Below, one piece after another: positions 7,092-10,788 of a stretch of 10,788 nucleotides of DNA. Under the pieces are notes generated by a model. It worked only from the letters and a program-made list of their open reading frames with translations, ran no database searches and was not told where the DNA came from. Each line of letters opens with the position of its first letter. Positions within the stretch are counted from its first letter, which is position 1. Origin of the DNA: Armatimonadota bacterium (GTDB lineage: Bacteria; Armatimonadota; Armatimonadia; Armatimonadales; Armatimonadaceae). Location of the stretch: positions 1 through 10,788 of the forward strand of contig JAYUUO010000181.1 of the NCBI GenBank assembly GCA_043754515.1. The letters are read 5' to 3'. A program made the translations under genes and the position numbers.

Positions 7092-7135
7092 ACTCCGTGC
7101 TATACCAGGGACGAAGCGACGCTGTGGCATCCTGC

Positions 7136-9346
7136 CTATCCCAGCCCCAATAACCGTCCGCACTGGTACACGAGGAACGACGCCACCCACGCCAGGGCCG
7201 ACATATACGCTATCTGGATCAGGGGCCACTTCCAGCCGTTCGTCTCGCGGCGCACCACGGCGACGGTTGAAATACACTGCATCGCGAGCACGTAGTAGAT
7301 CATCAGCGAGACCGCGACCAGCGGCGTGAACGTCCGCCGCCCGGTTCGCTCGTCTATGTCGTCCTTCATCTTCTGGCCGACCGCGACTGATAGTTTCGTC
7401 TCGTCCTTCGCGGAGTCGTCGCCGACGCTGTAGACCGTGCCCATCGCGGTGACGAAAACCTCGCGCGCCGCGAAACTCGATACTAGCCCGATGCCGATCT
7501 TCCAGTCGAAGCCGAGCGGTTTGATGACCGGCTCGATCACCCGCCCGAACCGCCCCGCGTACGATCCGCGCAGAACTTGTGACGGCGGCGTGCCGACCGG
7601 TTGTTTCGGGTATGACGACAGGAACCAGAGCACTATGGACAGCGAAAGGATGACGGTTCCCGCGCGGCGCACGAATGTCCAGGCGTTCTCCAGCATTCGC
7701 CAAATGACCGACCGGAGCGACGGGAGGCGGTAAGGGGGCATTTCGAGCAGGAACGTCGGTGCTTCTCCCTTCAGAATCGTGCGGTTGAACAACGCCGCGA
7801 TCCCGAACGCCGCGCTGGTACCGATGGCGTACATGCTGAAGAGCGTGATAGTTTGCCAGGAGGGACCATAGGTGTGCCCCGCGATATGGAATCCGAACGC
7901 CGCGCTCGCCGGAATAAACGCGCCGATCAGAACCGCGTAGACCGGAATCCGCGCCGAACAGGACATCAGTGGGGCGACTAAGATCGTCAGTATTCGGGCG
8001 CGGGACGACTCGATGGTGCGCGTCGCCATCACGCCGGGGATCGCGCAGGCGTAGGACGACAGGAGCGGGATGAAGGACTTGCCGTGTAGTCCGACGCGGC
8101 TCATCAGGCGGTCCATCAGGAACGCGGCCCGCGCCAGGTACCCAGTGTCCTCTAGAAGTGATATGAAAAGGAAGAGGAGCAGGATCTGTGGCAGGAACAC
8201 CACGGTATTGCCTACCCCGGCTATCGCGCCGTTGACGATCAGGTCGCGCAGATCACCCGGCGGCATCGCGGTCGCGACGCGTTGCCCGAACCAGTCGACG
8301 CCCGCCTGAATCGCGTCGGCGGGGATCTTCGCCCAGGTGAACATGGACTGAAACAGCAACGCCATCACGAACAGGAATAGGACGTAGCCCCAAACGCGGT
8401 GTAGCACCCATCGGTCAATCCTGTCGGACAGCGTCTGGGTGGGCACCTGACGGTCGCGGCGCACCGACTTATGCACGATTCGCCCGACGTCGGAGTAGCG
8501 CGCCTCCGCGATAGACTGTGAGAGATCCAGACCGACGGCGTGGAAGTTGGCTAAATCTTTCGCGAGATGCTCCCGCACCTCGGGCGAGTGACGCCGGAGT
8601 GCCTCGGACTGGCCCTGAGATCCGTCCACGAGCGACAGAAGCAGGGTAGCTTCCGAAAATGCGGCACTGGGCGAGATCCCGTCATGCGTCTGCATCAGGA
8701 ATGCCATCTCGGCAACTTCGTGCTCCGCGAGCGGAGGCAGACTCCAGCGGCGCGTCGGCGGCGGGGTCACCTCGTTGGCTAACGCTTCGATGGCAGCCAG
8801 TAGATCGCCGACACCAGCGTTGCGCGTCGCGTTGACCGCCTTAACGGGGACCGCGCCGAGCGACTGGGATAGCACGGCGGGTTCGACGCGCACGCCGAGT
8901 TCCGCCGCCGTGTCGTTCATGGTCAGTGCGACCAGCACCGGTAACCCGAGATCCATCACCTGCGAGGAGAGATATAGATTGCGCTCCAGACTCGACGCGT
9001 CCACCACGTTGATAACGGCGTCGGGGCGGGGCGTGTCCTTGCGGTACCCTAACAGCACGTCGCGGGCTACCTGCTCGTCGGGCGAGTGGGGAGTTAGCGA
9101 ATAAAGGCCGGGAAGGTCAATCAGGGTCACCGCGTCGCCGTTCGGGAGGCGCAACGTGCCCTCCTTGCGCTCGACGGTAATGCCGGGGTAGTTCCCCACC
9201 TTCTGGCGCATGCCGGTCAGGGCGTTAAAGAGCGTCGTCTTGCCGCAGTTCGGGTTTCCGACCAGGGCGATAGTTTTTCGGGCCGTCGGCTTCGACAGCG
9301 GGGTCTGAGCCGCGCCCTTCCGGGTGGCGGCTCCGGCGCGGGTCAT
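7136..9346 (-). CDS. feoB: Ferrous iron transport protein B, 736 aa
   Basis: G1 GNPNCGKT, G2 VGNYPGITVE, G3 DLPG, G4 TMND. Membrane motifs LEDTGYLARAAFLMD, GKSFIPLLSSYACAIP, PLMSCSAR, LLEMPPYRLP and AREVFV. Start set at ATG 9346, which overlaps the feoA stop (ATGA). Confidence 0.97.
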   Translation of the reverse strand: MTRAGAATRKGAAQTPLSKPTARKTIALVGNPNCGKTTLFNALTGMRQKVGNYPGITVERKEGTLRLPNGDAVTLIDLPGLYSLTPHSPDEQVARDVLLGYRKDTPRPDAVINVVDASSLERNLYLSSQVMDLGLPVLVALTMNDTAAELGVRVEPAVLSQSLGAVPVKAVNATRNAGVGDLLAAIEALANEVTPPPTRRWSLPPLAEHEVAEMAFLMQTHDGISPSAAFSEATLLLSLVDGSQGQSEALRRHSPEVREHLAKDLANFHAVGLDLSQSIAEARYSDVGRIVHKSVRRDRQVPTQTLSDRIDRWVLHRVWGYVLFLFVMALLFQSMFTWAKIPADAIQAGVDWFGQRVATAMPPGDLRDLIVNGAIAGVGNTVVFLPQILLLFLFISLLEDTGYLARAAFLMDRLMSRVGLHGKSFIPLLSSYACAIPGVMATRTIESSRARILTILVAPLMSCSARIPVYAVLIGAFIPASAAFGFHIAGHTYGPSWQTITLFSMYAIGTSAAFGIAALFNRTILKGEAPTFLLEMPPYRLPSLRSVIWRMLENAWTFVRRAGTVILSLSIVLWFLSSYPKQPVGTPPSQVLRGSYAGRFGRVIEPVIKPLGFDWKIGIGLVSSFAAREVFVTAMGTVYSVGDDSAKDETKLSVAVGQKMKDDIDERTGRRTFTPLVAVSLMIYYVLAMQCISTVAVVRRETNGWKWPLIQIAYMSALAWVASFLVYQCGRLLGLG

Positions 9347-9618
9347 GACGCGGGCTCCACCTGTATACCGGCGGCTTCCTCGCACCGTAGCGAGAGCCTG
9401 TAGGAGCGGAGGCGGATCTCGAGCGGCCCGCCGAACGCGGCGCGGCGCGACACTTCGACCTCGGTGCCACTGGTGAAACCGAGTTCCATCAGGCGGCACC
9501 GGTTCGGCCCGGCTACGGAGGAAACGCGCCCTTTGGTGCCCTTCGGGAGGCAGTCGAGGGTGCAGGCCGCGCCGGTTGTCGGGCAGGAGGTAGTCAATTC
9601 TGTTTCGGGGGCGTTCAT
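9343..9618 (-). CDS. feoA: Ferrous iron transport protein A (SH3-like), ~91 aa
   Basis: RLMELGFTSGTEVEVSRRAAFGGPLEIRLRSYRLSLR.EEA..I.V is the FeoA signature. It overlaps the feoB start by 4 nt. ATG 9618 is preferred over GTG 9660, but the start is uncertain. Confidence 0.93.
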   Translation of the reverse strand: MNAPETELTTSCPTTGAACTLDCLPKGTKGRVSSVAGPNRCRLMELGFTSGTEVEVSRRAAFGGPLEIRLRSYRLSLRCEEAAGIQVEPAS

Positions 9619-9680
9619 AGACGTTTTGTGACGGTCTCTATCAAGTTTCTCGCGGATCACGCCGCGCTAATTCACTTGAC
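9617..9680 (-). promoter_or_regulatory. Structured 5' leader of feoAB (two predicted hairpins)
   Basis: Hairpin 1: UCAAGU (9679-9674)/ACUUGA (9646-9641) enclosing CGCGG (9666-9662)/CCGCG (9655-9651). Hairpin 2: AUAGA...CGU-CACAAA-ACG-UCUAU (9641-9617), which includes the AU of the feoA AUG. Confidence 0.45.
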
Positions 9681-9686
9681 GATCCA

Positions 9687-9715
9687 ATTGTACCAATCGT
9701 TCACCGGAAGGTCAA
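9687..9715 (-). promoter_or_regulatory. Near-consensus sigma70 promoter of feoAB
   Basis: Minus strand TTGACC (9715-9710), 17 nt, TACAAT (9692-9687), with the extended -10 TG (TGgTACAAT). Confidence 0.8.
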
Positions 9716-9860
9716 TAGCGGCGACCGATATAGTCGGTGATTTATCGGGGACGGGTTATACGTGCCGCGAATATACGGGCAGTGCCGTCGAGTGGATGGT
9801 GGTGTGCTGGTGACATGTCCGCCCGCGTAACCGAATGGCCTTATCCACCGTCCCCTTGAT

Positions 9861-10127
9861 ATGAATATATGGGGCGATTTGAAAAGCGCGAACGCGATGG
9901 TACTGAAGGCACTACTTTTCCTGGTCGCCGGAATGGCATCGGCGATAGGAATACTGGTTGAGCTACCCACGCTCCGGGTCGCGTTCCTGCTCACGGTTTG
10001 TATTTGGTCACTCTGTCGCCTATACTACTTCCTGTTCTATGTGATCGAGAGGTATATTGACCTGTCGTTTCGCTTCGACGGCGTCGGCTCTGCTATTCGG
10101 TTCTTGTGGGCGCGCCGACACAACTAG
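9861..10127 (+). CDS. Small conserved hypothetical membrane protein, 88 aa
   Basis: Two hydrophobic helices followed by 'RLYYFLFYVIERYID..FRF.G'. I recall this pattern from a family of small uncharacterised membrane proteins (not verified). Confidence 0.7.
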   Translation: MNIWGDLKSANAMVLKALLFLVAGMASAIGILVELPTLRVAFLLTVCIWSLCRLYYFLFYVIERYIDLSFRFDGVGSAIRFLWARRHN

Positions 10128-10228
10128 GATGGGAGGCCCGATCATGGAACTATAAGCCAGACAGCGAATGACGCGGCTAGGCATGCTTCGTTATGCTGAT
10201 TCTAAATGTCTCGCCACTGACGCGGTAG

Positions 10229-10788
10229 TCACTCCTGTTCCAGACGCCTGCCGTCATCCGCGAACATCGCAAACCGCGACCATTTCATCTTCTGGAGGCG
10301 GAACTTGATCGCCGTCCCGATCACCCCGAAACCGTACTGCACCGAACGCTTGAAATTGATCGAACTGGCTTCGGGGAAATACTTGGTCGGGCACGAGATT
10401 TCGCCGAGGCGGAAGCCGAAATGCACCGCCTGCGCCAGCATTTCATTGTCGAAAACGAAGTCGTCGTCGTTCTCCTCAAGCGGTAGCGTCTCCAGAACCT
10501 GCCGCGAAAAGGCACGGTAACCGGTGTGGTACTCGGAAAGTTTGATGCCAAGCAGGATGTTCTCGAACGCGGTCAGGAAGCGGTTCGCGACATACTTCCA
10601 GTAGGGCATTCCGCCGACGAGGGCACCTTTCCCGAGGATGCGCGACGCCAGAACCACGTCATACTCCCCCGAGGCGATCATCCACGCCATCGCGCCCACC
10701 AGTTTGGGTGTGTACTGGTAGTCGGGGTGGAGCATGATGACCACGTCCGCGCCGCGTTGCAACGCCTCCCGGTAGCAAGTCTTCTGGT
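10229..10788 (-). CDS. Glycosyltransferase family 2 (DPM1-like), C-terminal part; start lies beyond the right edge
   Basis: The frame is open to the window edge: [29 protein letters not shown]...YDVVLASR...[15 protein letters not shown]...[13 protein letters not shown]...[10 protein letters not shown]...[17 protein letters not shown]. Confidence 0.93.
   Translation of the reverse strand, partial: QKTCYREALQRGADVVIMLHPDYQYTPKLVGAMAWMIASGEYDVVLASRILGKGALVGGMPYWKYVANRFLTAFENILLGIKLSEYHTGYRAFSRQVLETLPLEENDDDFVFDNEMLAQAVHFGFRLGEISCPTKYFPEASSINFKRSVQYGFGVIGTAIKFRLQKMKWSRFAMFADDGRRLEQE

Noticed and set aside
7097..7106. Plus-strand GTGCTATACC resembling the GTGCTATAAT promoters (antisense to feoB)
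   Set aside because: It lacks the conserved final T of the -10 hexamer, and no credible ORF follows.
9347..9499. N-terminal extension of FeoB given in the ORF track
   Set aside because: It overlaps feoA in another frame. ATG 9346 with an ATGA overlap is the more plausible start.
9721..9750. Short inverted repeats (ACCGA/TCGGT, CCGATA/TATCGG) in the feoA upstream gap
   Set aside because: The arms are only 5-6 bp with no U-tract, which is compatible with chance in GC-rich DNA.
10128..10228. Terminator or repeat between the convergent membrane-protein and GT2 genes (TGACGCGG occurs twice)
   Set aside because: There is no strong stem with a U-tract, and two copies of an 8-mer are insufficient evidence.
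1430..10231. Alternative genetic code (UGA=Trp) explaining the PARG internal stop
   Set aside because: TGA is used as a normal stop at expected protein ends (sbcD 1430-1432, PARG copy 1 6161-6163, feoA 9343-9345, GT2 10229-10231), and Trp is encoded by TGG elsewhere.
101..10551. Numerous short antisense or overlapping ORFs in the six-frame track (e.g. 1829-2380 +, 6566-7153 +, 7014-7703 -, 9701-9994 -)
   Set aside because: They are shadow ORFs over well-supported genes, with no recognisable motifs and often Arg/Pro/Ala-rich, as expected in high-GC DNA.

Overview
GC-rich bacterial chromosomal segment; the protein styles and the leaderless gene architecture suggest Armatimonadota, but this is inference only. 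Almost all genes are on the minus strand. In transcription order from the right: a partial GT2 glycosyltransferase; a small plus-strand membrane protein; feoA-feoB behind a near-consensus sigma70 promoter with a structured 5' leader; two tandem TIGR02452/DUF2263 bacterial-PARG macrodomain paralogs; a FeoB-associated Cys-rich membrane peptide; an aldose 1-epimerase family gene; a plus-strand, apparently chimeric hypothetical ORF; sbcD; an Rpn-family PD-(D/E)XK gene; and the 5' end of sbcC. The first PARG copy has an in-frame TGA and changes in both glycine loops. The Rpn gene has an internal RBS/ATG and a homopolymer frameshift. Main observations: (i) two normally contiguous modules (sbcD-sbcC and feoB-Cys-rich peptide) are each split by inserted nucleic-acid-conflict or ADP-ribose genes, and each downstream partner has its own -10 box; (ii) leaderless promoters recur, including a symmetric 40-bp bidirectional one; (iii) the Rpn gene has a gene-within-gene layout, with the frameshift in the putative antitoxin part. 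No RNA genes, CRISPR arrays or intact IS elements were seen.
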